DNA of 64,000 bases from an uncultured Actinomycetes bacterium (GTDB lineage: Bacteria; Actinomycetota; Thermoleophilia; UBA2241): positions 128,001 to 192,000 of the forward strand of contig CAVPVX010000007.1 in assembly GCA_963709345.1 (NCBI GenBank), given 5' to 3'. Below the pieces are notes generated by a model, which was given only the letters and a program-made list of their open reading frames with translations, made no database searches and was not told the origin of the DNA. Made by a program: the position numbers and the translations under genes. Shown here piece after piece: positions 11,256 to 21,661 of the stretch; the stretch's first letter is position 1; each line of letters starts with the position of its first letter.

Positions 11256-12836
11256 TCAGCGGGCGGGTTCCAGAAGGCACCGCCCGGTCATCTCCTCCGG
11301 CGGAGCCAGGCCCAGCAACGTCAGCGCCGTGGGAGCCAGATCGCAGAGGCGGCCACCATCGCGGACCCGTGCGTCGCGTACCGTAGCGACGAACGGTACC
11401 AGGTTGGTCGAGTGCGCCGTGTTCGGGCTGCCGTCGGGCTCGAGCATGTGATCGGCGTTGCCGTGGTCGGCGGTGACGAGGCAGGCTCCGCCGAGACGAG
11501 CGCCGGCGTCGACGACTCTGCCGAGGCAGGCATCGACCGTCTCGATGGCCGTGACGGCTGCGCCGAGCACGCCGGTGTGCCCGACCATGTCGGCGTTCGC
11601 GTAGTTCACGACGACGAAGTCGAACGCGTCCGACTCCAGTCTGGCGACGAGTTCGTCGGTGACGCCGACGGCGCTCATCTCCGGCTTGTGGTCGTACGTC
11701 GGCACGTCGCGCGGGCTGGGCACGAGCACGCGCTCCTCTCCCTCGACCGCCTTCTCCACGCCGCCGTTGAAGAAGAACGTCACGTGCGCGTACTTCTCGG
11801 TCTCGGCGATGTGCAACTGGCGCAGGCCGCGCTCGGCGAGGACGTCGGCCAGCACGTGCCGCGGGTGGTCGGGCGGGAACGCGACCGGCAGCGGGAACTC
11901 CTTCTTGTACTCGGTCATCGTCACGAAGTCGACGGCCGGCGGGCGCGGCCCGCGGTCGAACTCGGAGAAGCCCGCCTCGGTGAGCGCCCTGGTGAGCTCG
12001 CGGGCACGGTCTGGCCGGAAGTTGAAGAAGACGCAGACGTCCCCGTCGGCGATGCGCGAGTCATGCTCCGGCGAGACGACGGTGGGACGCACGAACTCGT
12101 CGTTCTCGCCGCGGGCATAGGCCGCGTCGACGGCGGACTGCGCGTCGAAGGCGAAGAACCCCTGCGCGTCTACCAGCGCATCGTACGCCAGCTTCACACG
12201 GTCCCAGCGTGTGTCGCGGTCCATCGCGTAATACCGGCCGCTGATCACGCCGTAGCGACCGACGCCGGCGGCGTCCATGGCCACCTGGATGTCGGCGAGG
12301 TACCCCTTGGCGCTGCGCGGCGGTGTGTCCCGGCCGTCCAGGAAGGCGTGGACCACGACATCGCCGACCTTCTCGCGGCGGGCGAGCTCGAGGCATGCCT
12401 TGAGATGCCCCATGTCGCTGTGCACACCGCCGGCAGACACCAGACCCAGCAAGTGGAGGCGGCTGCCCCGCCCGGAGGCCTTCGCGCACGCCTGGCGCAG
12501 GACGCGGTTCTCGAAGAAGCTCCCGTCCTCGATCGCGAGGCTGATACGCGTGAGATCCTGGTTGACGACGCGCCCGGCGCCGATGTTGAGGTGGCCGACC
12601 TCGGAGTTGCCCATCTGACCCGGCGGCAATCCCACCGCCGGCCCGGAGGCGTCGAGCACGCCGTGCGGGTACTCCGTCACGAGCCGGTCCATCACCGGCG
12701 TGCGCGCCAGGCTCACGGCGTTGTCGGGTCCCGGCGGCGCCGCACCCCAGCCGTCGAGGACCACCAGAACGACCGGACGATACGTGCGCCCGTCCAGTCC
12801 CGGCGCCGCCCCGGCCGTCGGCGCCTCGCCGGTCAC
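11256..12836 (-). CDS. gpmI: 2,3-bisphosphoglycerate-independent phosphoglycerate mutase
   Basis: LDGWG, MGNSEVGH, GRYYAMDRD, NFRPDRA, AETEKYAH, DMVGHTG, ADHGNA. Exact start is uncertain. Confidence 0.95.
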   Translation of the reverse strand: MTGEAPTAGAAPGLDGRTYRPVVLVVLDGWGAAPPGPDNAVSLARTPVMDRLVTEYPHGVLDASGPAVGLPPGQMGNSEVGHLNIGAGRVVNQDLTRISLAIEDGSFFENRVLRQACAKASGRGSRLHLLGLVSAGGVHSDMGHLKACLELARREKVGDVVVHAFLDGRDTPPRSAKGYLADIQVAMDAAGVGRYGVISGRYYAMDRDTRWDRVKLAYDALVDAQGFFAFDAQSAVDAAYARGENDEFVRPTVVSPEHDSRIADGDVCVFFNFRPDRARELTRALTEAGFSEFDRGPRPPAVDFVTMTEYKKEFPLPVAFPPDHPRHVLADVLAERGLRQLHIAETEKYAHVTFFFNGGVEKAVEGEERVLVPSPRDVPTYDHKPEMSAVGVTDELVARLESDAFDFVVVNYANADMVGHTGVLGAAVTAIETVDACLGRVVDAGARLGGACLVTADHGNADHMLEPDGSPNTAHSTNLVPFVATVRDARVRDGGRLCDLAPTALTLLGLAPPEEMTGRCLLEPAR

Positions 12837-12873
12837 CGCGGTCCCGCGACGCGAGCTCCCCGGATCCGAGAGA

Positions 12874-13641
12874 TCACACGGCCTCCACGAAGCGGACGAT
12901 GCGTGCGAACTCCTCGGGATCCAGGCTCGCGCCGCCGACCAGCACGCCGTCGATGTCCGGCTGCGCCATGAGCGTGTCGATGTTGGCGGCCTTGACGCTG
13001 CCGCCGTACAGGACGCGCACCTTGTCGGCGGCGACGCCGAAGCGTTCGCGAACCTTGCGGCGGCAGAAAGCCACCGTCTCCTGCGCCTGTTCCGGCGTGG
13101 CCGTCTTGCCGGTGCCGATCGCCCAGATCGGCTCGTAGGCGATGGCCACGTCGGCGAGCTCGTCCGCCGCGACCTCGGCGAGGTCGGCGTCGAGCTGGCC
13201 TCCGACCTTGCTCTCGGTCTTGCCGCCCTCACGCTCCTCGAGCATCTCGCCGCAGCAGAGGATGGGCAGAAGGCCCGCGTCGAGCGCGGCGCGGACCTTC
13301 TTCGCCAGGTCGGCGTCGTTCTCGTTGTAGTACTGCCGGCGCTCGGAGTGCCCGAGGATCACGTAGGGGACGCCCATGTCGACGAGCATGCCCGGCGCGG
13401 TCTCGCCCGTGAAGGCGCCCTCCGCCGCGTAGTGCATGGTCTGGGCGCCGACCGCGATCGTCGTGTCGACGACGCACGAGAGGGCGGCGTGGAGGCAGAC
13501 GGTGGGCGGGCAGATCAGCACGTCACGGTCGTCCACACCGGCTACCAGCGGACGGAACGCGTTGAAGAACTCCCTGGTCTGCACCGGCGTCTTGTACATC
13601 TTCCAGTTGCCCGCCAGAAGCGGGCGCCGTGTCTCGCTCAT
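12874..13641 (-). CDS. tpiA: Triosephosphate isomerase
   Basis: AGNWKM, GHSERR, AYEPIWAIGTGK, LVGGASL. Confidence 0.97.
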   Translation of the reverse strand: MSETRRPLLAGNWKMYKTPVQTREFFNAFRPLVAGVDDRDVLICPPTVCLHAALSCVVDTTIAVGAQTMHYAAEGAFTGETAPGMLVDMGVPYVILGHSERRQYYNENDADLAKKVRAALDAGLLPILCCGEMLEEREGGKTESKVGGQLDADLAEVAADELADVAIAYEPIWAIGTGKTATPEQAQETVAFCRRKVRERFGVAADKVRVLYGGSVKAANIDTLMAQPDIDGVLVGGASLDPEEFARIVRFVEAV

Positions 13642-13643
13642 GC

Positions 13644-14825
13644 TCACTCCCGATCCAGGAGGGCCGCGACGCCGGGAAGCGTCTTGCCCTCGATGAACTC
13701 CATTGACGCCCCGCCACCGGTGGACACGTGCGCGATCCGGTCCGCCAGACCGAAGCGGCGCACGGCGCTCACGGTGTCGCCGCCGCCCACGACCGTGACC
13801 GCGCCGCCGGCGGCAACGGCCTCGCCGACTGCCTTGGTGCCGGCGGCGAAGTCGTCGATCTCGAACAGACCCATGGGCCCGTTCCAGAAGATGGTCTCCG
13901 CGTCCGAGAGCCGGGCGACGAAGGCGGCCGCGGTCGCCGGACCGATGTCGAGCCCCATCTGGTCCGGCGGCATGCCGTCGGCCGGGACGACCGTCGTCGT
14001 CGCGCCGACCTCGGCGGCCCGCGCGACGACGATGTCGCTGGGCAGCTCGAAGTCACAGGGCGACGCCTTCGCCTCGGCGGCGATACGGCCGGCCACCTCG
14101 ACGCTCTCGGTCTCGACCTTGGAGGTCCCGATCTCAAGGCCGGCGGCCCTGAAGAACGCGAAGCACATGGCTCCGCCGATGAGCACGGCGTCTGCGGTGC
14201 TGAGCATCTTCTCGATGACGCCGATCTTGTCCGAGACCTTGGCGCCGCCGAGGACGACGACGAACGGCCGCGCCGGCTCGCCGAGCAGCGTGCCGAGCAC
14301 CTCGAGCTCGCGCTCCATGAGCAGCCCGGCGACGGCGGGCAAGTGACGCGTGACGCCCACCGTGGACGCGTGTGCGCGGTGCGCCGTGCCGAACGCGTCG
14401 TTCACGAACACGCCGCCCAGCCGCGCGAGCTTCTCGGCGAACGCCGCGTCGTTCGCCGTCTCCTCGGCGTGGAAGCGCAGGTTCTCGAGCAGCAGCACCT
14501 CGCCGGGCGCAAGCGCCGCGGCGGCCGCCTCGACCTCCGGCCCCACGCAGTCCGCGGCGGTCGCCACGGGGCGGCCGACGAGCTCGGAGAGCCGCGCGGC
14601 CACCGGCGCCATGCGCAGTTCGTCCACGACCGCGCCCTTCGGGCGGCCGAGATGAGACATGAGGACGACCGAGCACTCCTGGTCGAGCAGGTACTGGATG
14701 GTCGGCAAGGCGGCGCGGATGCGCGTGTCGTCGACCACGCCGCCGTCCTTGAGCGGCACGTTGAAGTCCACGCGCACGAGCACGCGCTTGCCCGCGAGCG
14801 GGTAGTCGGTGAGCGACCGCTTCAT
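13644..14825 (-). CDS. pgk: Phosphoglycerate kinase
   Basis: VRVDFNVP, SHLGRP, LENLRF, NDAFGTAHRAHAS, STGGGAS. Confidence 0.97.
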   Translation of the reverse strand: MKRSLTDYPLAGKRVLVRVDFNVPLKDGGVVDDTRIRAALPTIQYLLDQECSVVLMSHLGRPKGAVVDELRMAPVAARLSELVGRPVATAADCVGPEVEAAAAALAPGEVLLLENLRFHAEETANDAAFAEKLARLGGVFVNDAFGTAHRAHASTVGVTRHLPAVAGLLMERELEVLGTLLGEPARPFVVVLGGAKVSDKIGVIEKMLSTADAVLIGGAMCFAFFRAAGLEIGTSKVETESVEVAGRIAAEAKASPCDFELPSDIVVARAAEVGATTTVVPADGMPPDQMGLDIGPATAAAFVARLSDAETIFWNGPMGLFEIDDFAAGTKAVGEAVAAGGAVTVVGGGDTVSAVRRFGLADRIAHVSTGGGASMEFIEGKTLPGVAALLDRE

Positions 14826-14858
14826 GGCGTCTTCAGCCTCCCCGGCGTGACGTGGGTG

Positions 14859-15930
<1,072 letters not shown>

Positions 15931-16008
15931 CCGACGCACAAGATACCCCAGAAGCGAACACCGAAGCGTGGCGCCGACGGCCTGGAGGCGGGGCTCCGGG
16001 GGCACCGG

Positions 16009-19000
16009 CTAAGACGTTGTCGGGATGCTCCCGAGAAAGATGTTGCCGGTGCGGCCGTCGATGGACAGCCAGTCGCCGGCATGGAGTTCGTGACCGGCGA
16101 GCCGGATGCTGCCTTCGCGCTCGACGACATCCAGGTCGACGCACTCGACGACAGCCGTCTTGCCGAGCCGCTTCGCGGTGACGGCGGCGTGCGAGGTGGT
16201 GCCCCCCCGCGCCGTGAGGATGCCGCTGACGCGCGTGATCATGGCGATGTCCTCGGGCACGGTGTCCGGCCGCAGCAGCACGATGTTCTCGCCGGGAGCC
16301 TCGGCCAGGAGATCGTCGATCTGCCCGGCGTTGACGGCGACGCGGCCCGAGTAGGCGCCGCCGGCGACACCCATCCCGAAGGCGACCGGAGGCCCGTAGT
16401 TCGGTGAAGAGGTGTCGAAGTAGGCCGCGTCCCTCGTCTGCTCCTGCACGACCGCGCGCTTCTGCAGGATGAACAGGTCGTCGCCCGCGGCCGACTCGAA
16501 GGTGAACTCGATCTCCTGCGGGTCGAACTCGTGCTCTTCGACGAGGTTGCGCGCCACCGCGAGCAGTTGCCGGTACACGCCGGGGAAGTCCCGCTCGAGC
16601 GAGTGCTCGCTGCCGCGATAGGTAGGGCTCCCGAGCCGCTGCGCCTCGGAGATCGGCAGGGGGAACACGAGCCCGCCAACGAGATCCTCCCCTTGACAGC
16701 GAAGGGCATAGTCGCCGAACAGGCGGACCTGGCGGCTGTGCGGCTCCAGCGGGTTGTTCGTGAAGGTGACCCCGGAGCCCGACTCCCGGCTGCGGTTGCC
16801 GAGGACCATGCGCTGTACCACGACCGCGGTACCCCACTCCTCGGCGATCCCGATGTACTCGCGGTACAGTCGAGCATGCGAGGAGTCCCACGACTCGAGC
16901 ACCTTGAGCATGCAGGCAACGACCTGGGCGAAGGGGTCGTCGATGAACATGACGCCCGCCTCGGCGCCCCGTGACTTGTACGCGAAGGCTATTTCGCGCA
17001 TCTGCCCCGCGGTGAAGTCCAGCTTCTGCCCGACGGCGTACCGGCTCTTGAACTCCGACATGATCGCATCGAAGAAGTCGCGGTCGATGCCGTCCGACAT
17101 CGCCCAGGACTGCAGAAAGCGGCGGTAGCTGTCCCACGCCGCCCACGCCAGCCCGGGATCCTGCGCGAGGCTCTCGGTGAGCTCGTCGTTGAGACCGACG
17201 TTCACGAACGTCGTCATGAGCCCGGGCATCGAGATCGCGGCCCCCGAACGGATGGAGAGGAGCAGCATGCGGCGCGGGTCGCCCAGACGCAGCCCCGTCC
17301 GCCGCTCCAGCCCGGCGAGGGCCTTCTGCGTGCGCTTGATGGTGTCGTCGTAGAGAGGCTGGTACGACATGGCGGGCATGGCGCCGAACAACTCGGTGCT
17401 GAGCACGAACCCCTCGGGGACGTTGTGCCCGTACGCCGCCATCTGCTTGAGCCCGAGGCCCTTGAAGCCCAGGGTCATCTGATCGTCGGTACCGGGCTTG
17501 GGCCGGTGGATCGGCGACACGAGCCGCTCGGGGTCGTAGTTCATCATCCTCGTCAGGGCCTGGCTGCCGAGGCGGCCGGTCAGCAACGATATCTGCCGGA
17601 GCGACGCGGTGACGAAGCGGTCCAGAGCCTGCAGCCCGAGACCCGACACGAGCACCTCGCGGAGGACCATCTCGGCTACCGCGTCGACCGACATGCCCCG
17701 CGCCTCGCACTGGCGCTGGTCGTTGACCAGGACGGCGTGCAGCACCTGCTCGTGGCTGAGGATCGAGGTCGACGACACCTCCGTGACGCTGTTCACCAGG
17801 AACTGGAAGACGTTCTGGTACTGACGGAAAGTGAAGCTGCGGCTGCTGAAGCTCGCCTCGAGCATGTCGAGGTTGGCCTCAAGCGCGCGCGAATCGACGC
17901 CGTCCGCGGCGAGCGCCCGCTCGAAACGCCTGATGGCGCGCGCCATACGCCGCAGCGAATCCCTGGTGACGTACCGCTCGACCCCCTCGGAGACCACGTC
18001 GTCGAGCAGCCGACCGACGAGGGTCTCGACCCGGAACGACAAGCCGAGCGCGTCGAACTTGGGCTCGCTGTAGCTGCCGTAGATCGACGGGATGCCCGCG
18101 GCGATGTGGCGCTTCTGGTAGATGTTCTCCGTCGCCTCGGCGGCCTCGGGGTCGAGCACGATCGCCTTGAGGGCCTCCAGCACGGAGAGCGCGGCGTCGA
18201 GCAGGCGATCCCGGCTTCTCGCCGCCGGACGCGCCCGCCACGCCGCCACCGCCCTCTCGAACCGGCGGCGGAGTCTGGGGTCGAGCTGCAGGTGGCGGCC
18301 GACGACGACGCCGACATCGACCGCCGCGAGGGAGTACTTGTGCGCGAGCAGCTGATGCGTGCGCAGCAGCAGCACGACCCGGCGCCGGTCCGTCTCGCTC
18401 GCCGCCCACGCCGGCGCTCCCGCGGCGGACGCGGCGCCTCCGGCACTCAGGCCGAAGCGTACCTCGAGATCCTCCGGCGAGGACTCGATCAGGTGGTCCA
18501 GCGCCTCGTCGACCCCGGTCATCTCCAGCCGCCCGCAGATCTCCTGGAGAGCCTCGTGCGGACCGGCAGCCCACTGCGACTCGGCGCGTACCGCGCCAAG
18601 AGTGCTCGCCGACAGATACGGCTCGAGACCCCCCGCCTTCAGCGTCATCCAGTACCGCAGGATGGCGTGGCTGAAGGACACCATTCGGTTGGACGACTCC
18701 GCGTGGACCTGCTTGCGGAGAAAGTGCATCAGCGTGTCGCGACGCCCGCAGATCTCGTCGCTCTGCGTGGACACGGCGCGCAGCTCCCCCTCCGCCCCGA
18801 CCTCGGAGAAGTACACGGGCAGGGTCCGCAACAGCTGCTTGGCCACGAAGTAGATCGGGCGGATGTCCGCGTTGAGGAACCGCGTGACGTCGCGCTGGAA
18901 CAGGTCGGTGTCGGCGATGAAGACGCCGCCGAGGCGAAGCTGCACGTTGAGCGCAGCGGCCAGCCGCTCGAAGAGTGCCGGGTTGGACTCGATGATGTGC

Positions 19001-20190
19001 ATCCAGCAGCGGATCTTCGGCAGGTGATAGGGATTGACGACCGTCTCCCACTCGTCGGTCGCCCCCTGGATGTCCGGGTACTGGAAGCGCCAGAAGAGGA
19101 TGTCCTCGATGAGGTGGTCGGCCGCCCTGACATTGCCCGCCTCACCGATGGCCACGCCGATGGCCTCGTAGCACTGGAACCGCATGAGCAGGAACTCGTT
19201 GTCGCGGTCGCGGAAGAAGACGGTCAGGCGGCTGAGGATGCGCTCGGCGTCCGTATGCCTGTCCGGGCGCATCATCTGCTTGACGACGCCGAGGAGGTCG
19301 GTGATGACCTCCTTCTGCCGGTACCCGAGCGTCTGGTCCTTCAGGAAGAAGACGCACGCGGCGAAGCGGTCCTCGAGGTTCTCCAGCCGGAAGAGCTCGT
19401 CGATCGCGCGGCTGAGAATTGCCGAGAAGATCGGAAAGCGCGGACCGAGCAGGTCGTCGGCGCCGGCGGCGCGCGCGGCGCGCGCGAGCGCGGCCATCCG
19501 CGGGCGGGCGAGGAAGTCGAAGCTCACGCCCACGGCGTGCCCGTCGGTGAGCCCCTCTCCCTGAGCGCGCGCCCAGCCGGGCACGTCGAGGTGGTGCTGC
19601 ACGACGTCGTAGCCGGTGAGCAACAGCCGCCGGTACAGCTCGGCGTAGACCGCCGAGATCGCCGGGCGGGCGGCGACGCGCTCCACCAGAGCACGGAGCA
19701 GCGCGTCGCGCTCCAGGAACTCCGTGCGGTGCGCCGGCAACAGCCGGTCGAGCGATCCGCCGAGCATCTCGAACCCCGAGTCGTACTCGTCGCCGTAGCG
19801 TCCTTCCGCCGCATCGCCGCACCAGGTCAGCAGAGCGCGCAGAAGGAGCGAGAACTGCTCGGGCGTCAGCTGAGCGTCCAGCAGGCCGACGACCAGCTCC
19901 GCCAGCAGGTCGAACGACCGGGCGCGGTCGTCCGAGCGTTCGAAGTAGGGCCAGTTGCGGAGCAGCGCCGTCTGGAGGCCGTCGACGAGCAGGTCGGCGT
20001 TGCGGAAGGTGTGGAAGTACTCCGCCAGGGTCTCGGTCAGCGAGCTGCGGACCCCGTGGAGCGTCTTCACGGCATCGAGGAGCGGGAGATACCGGTCGGG
20101 GATGATGACGGTCTGTGCGGTGCTGGCCAGATTGGCGCGCAGCGCGTCCGAGTCAAAAGGTACGGGCGAGGTCCTCACGATGGCACTCAT
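16009..20190 (-). CDS. Large PPDK-like dikinase: ~900-aa unrecognised N-terminal region, ATP-grasp domain, phospho-His swivel domain, no PEP/pyruvate barrel
   Basis: GGAGG RBS and ATG at 20190; 1393 aa. PPDK motifs LGFKG, VPEGF, LSIRSGAAISMPG, WDSYRRF, GTAVVVQRMVLGN, QGEDLVGG, EIEFT and LQKR are followed by GILTARGGTTSHAAV. The protein stops about 50 aa later. Confidence 0.85.
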   Translation of the reverse strand: MSAIVRTSPVPFDSDALRANLASTAQTVIIPDRYLPLLDAVKTLHGVRSSLTETLAEYFHTFRNADLLVDGLQTALLRNWPYFERSDDRARSFDLLAELVVGLLDAQLTPEQFSLLLRALLTWCGDAAEGRYGDEYDSGFEMLGGSLDRLLPAHRTEFLERDALLRALVERVAARPAISAVYAELYRRLLLTGYDVVQHHLDVPGWARAQGEGLTDGHAVGVSFDFLARPRMAALARAARAAGADDLLGPRFPIFSAILSRAIDELFRLENLEDRFAACVFFLKDQTLGYRQKEVITDLLGVVKQMMRPDRHTDAERILSRLTVFFRDRDNEFLLMRFQCYEAIGVAIGEAGNVRAADHLIEDILFWRFQYPDIQGATDEWETVVNPYHLPKIRCWMHIIESNPALFERLAAALNVQLRLGGVFIADTDLFQRDVTRFLNADIRPIYFVAKQLLRTLPVYFSEVGAEGELRAVSTQSDEICGRRDTLMHFLRKQVHAESSNRMVSFSHAILRYWMTLKAGGLEPYLSASTLGAVRAESQWAAGPHEALQEICGRLEMTGVDEALDHLIESSPEDLEVRFGLSAGGAASAAGAPAWAASETDRRRVVLLLRTHQLLAHKYSLAAVDVGVVVGRHLQLDPRLRRRFERAVAAWRARPAARSRDRLLDAALSVLEALKAIVLDPEAAEATENIYQKRHIAAGIPSIYGSYSEPKFDALGLSFRVETLVGRLLDDVVSEGVERYVTRDSLRRMARAIRRFERALAADGVDSRALEANLDMLEASFSSRSFTFRQYQNVFQFLVNSVTEVSSTSILSHEQVLHAVLVNDQRQCEARGMSVDAVAEMVLREVLVSGLGLQALDRFVTASLRQISLLTGRLGSQALTRMMNYDPERLVSPIHRPKPGTDDQMTLGFKGLGLKQMAAYGHNVPEGFVLSTELFGAMPAMSYQPLYDDTIKRTQKALAGLERRTGLRLGDPRRMLLLSIRSGAAISMPGLMTTFVNVGLNDELTESLAQDPGLAWAAWDSYRRFLQSWAMSDGIDRDFFDAIMSEFKSRYAVGQKLDFTAGQMREIAFAYKSRGAEAGVMFIDDPFAQVVACMLKVLESWDSSHARLYREYIGIAEEWGTAVVVQRMVLGNRSRESGSGVTFTNNPLEPHSRQVRLFGDYALRCQGEDLVGGLVFPLPISEAQRLGSPTYRGSEHSLERDFPGVYRQLLAVARNLVEEHEFDPQEIEFTFESAAGDDLFILQKRAVVQEQTRDAAYFDTSSPNYGPPVAFGMGVAGGAYSGRVAVNAGQIDDLLAEAPGENIVLLRPDTVPEDIAMITRVSGILTARGGTTSHAAVTAKRLGKTAVVECVDLDVVEREGSIRLAGHELHAGDWLSIDGRTGNIFLGSIPTTS

Positions 20191-20384
20191 GATACCTCCG
20201 ATGGCGGCGGTCGCGAGAGCGCCCTTGTTGGGAGGCGTCATGCGAAGCGGCGACGTTCGGCGCAGCGGCGCGCGTGCCCGCGGATGTGGCCACGCCGACG
20301 GCCACGGCCCGTGCGGAACTGCGGTAGGATGCCGCTGTCGGACCGCACGAGGCGAAGGCGCCGCGACAGGAGGTACCGCGAGCC

Positions 20385-21620
20385 ATGGCTGGACAACGCA
20401 CACTGGGCATCAACGGGCTAGGCCGCATCGGCAAGCTGACGCTGTGGCACCACCTCGGGCGCGACGACTTCGACCGCTTCGTAGTCAACACCGGCCGGCC
20501 GGTCGGCACCTCACTCGACTCCGTCGTGCAGTACCTCTCAAAGGACACCACCTACGGCGCCCTGCACCGCTTCCTCTTCGGGCGCTCCGCCACCCGCGAC
20601 ATGAGCGTCGTGGACGAGGAGAGGGGCCTCATCAGCGCCTACGGCAAGGAAGTGGTCATCCTGCGCGAGGCGCGCAACCCCAAGGACATCCCGTGGCGCG
20701 AGCACGGCGTGGTGCTGGTCGTTGAGTGCACGGGCTCCTTTGCGGATCCCTACGCTGAGGCGGACGTCGCCAGGGGCGCGCTTCGCGGTCACCTCGCCGC
20801 CGGGGCCTCCGTGGTGGTGCAGAGCTCTCCCTTCAAGAGCCGGCAGCAGGGCGTGCCGCTGCCGGCCGACGCGGGCATGTTCATCCACGGCATCAACGAT
20901 TTCGAGTTCGACCCCGCGAAGCACGCGGTCATCTCGGGCGCGTCCTGCACCACGACGGCCCTGGCTCACATGATGCGCCCCCTGCTCGACCGCGATCTCA
21001 CCAAGGACATGATCACGGCCGGCATGAGCACGATCCACGCGGTCACCAATTCCCAGCCGGTCCTCGACGCGGTGCCCAAGGCGGGCGCCGGCGACATGCG
21101 CAAGAGCCGCGGCGCGCTGGGCAACGTTGTGATCACCGCAACGGGCGCGGCGGCGGCGCTCGAGCATGTCATGCCCGAGATAGCCCGCATCGGCTTCATG
21201 GCCGACTCGGTGCGCATCCCCACCTCCAGCGTCAGCCTCATCATCCTCAACGTCACTTTCCAGAGCGAGGCGCTGCCCGACGGCACCGTTTCGGTGGAGC
21301 GCGAAGCCATCAACGCGATCTACCGAGAGGCGGCCGAAGGCGAAGCGCGCGGCCTGGTCAAGTTCAGCGCCGAGCAGAACGTCTCGGCGGACATGCTCGC
21401 TGAGGACGCCGCCGTCGTCATCGAGGGCGTGGAGACGCACACCCGCACGGGCTTCATGAACCTCAAGGTGCCGCAGTGCGGCGAGGGCGCGGCCGCGACT
21501 CCCGAGACGGTGCGCATCCCGCTGACCCACGTCAAGATCTTCGGCTGGTACGACAACGAGATGGGGAGCTACACCTACCGGCTCGGGCAGCTGACGCTCC
21601 GGGCCGCGCGCAACCTGTAG
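20385..21620 (+). CDS. Atypical second GAPDH-family dehydrogenase (411 aa)
   Basis: AGGAGG RBS. Motifs GINGLGRIG, VECTGSF, GASCTTTAL, TIHAVT, TGAA, VRIPT and WYDNE, with several insertions relative to the canonical gap in this window. Confidence 0.88.
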   Translation: MAGQRTLGINGLGRIGKLTLWHHLGRDDFDRFVVNTGRPVGTSLDSVVQYLSKDTTYGALHRFLFGRSATRDMSVVDEERGLISAYGKEVVILREARNPKDIPWREHGVVLVVECTGSFADPYAEADVARGALRGHLAAGASVVVQSSPFKSRQQGVPLPADAGMFIHGINDFEFDPAKHAVISGASCTTTALAHMMRPLLDRDLTKDMITAGMSTIHAVTNSQPVLDAVPKAGAGDMRKSRGALGNVVITATGAAAALEHVMPEIARIGFMADSVRIPTSSVSLIILNVTFQSEALPDGTVSVEREAINAIYREAAEGEARGLVKFSAEQNVSADMLAEDAAVVIEGVETHTRTGFMNLKVPQCGEGAAATPETVRIPLTHVKIFGWYDNEMGSYTYRLGQLTLRAARNL

Positions 21621-21661
21621 CTCGCGGCCCTCGTCACGGCCGCCTTCGGGCCGCCGGGCCC

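Noticed and set aside
16009-20190. Calling this gene ppdK or ppsA
   Set aside because: The PEP/pyruvate-binding domain is absent, so the canonical activity is unsupported.
17425-20421. 998-aa plus-strand ORF and many other long antisense or alternate-frame ORFs (e.g. 11085-12971, 33567-35624, 61326-63350)
   Set aside because: These are shadows of real genes, caused by stop-codon scarcity at high GC. They carry no recognisable motifs.
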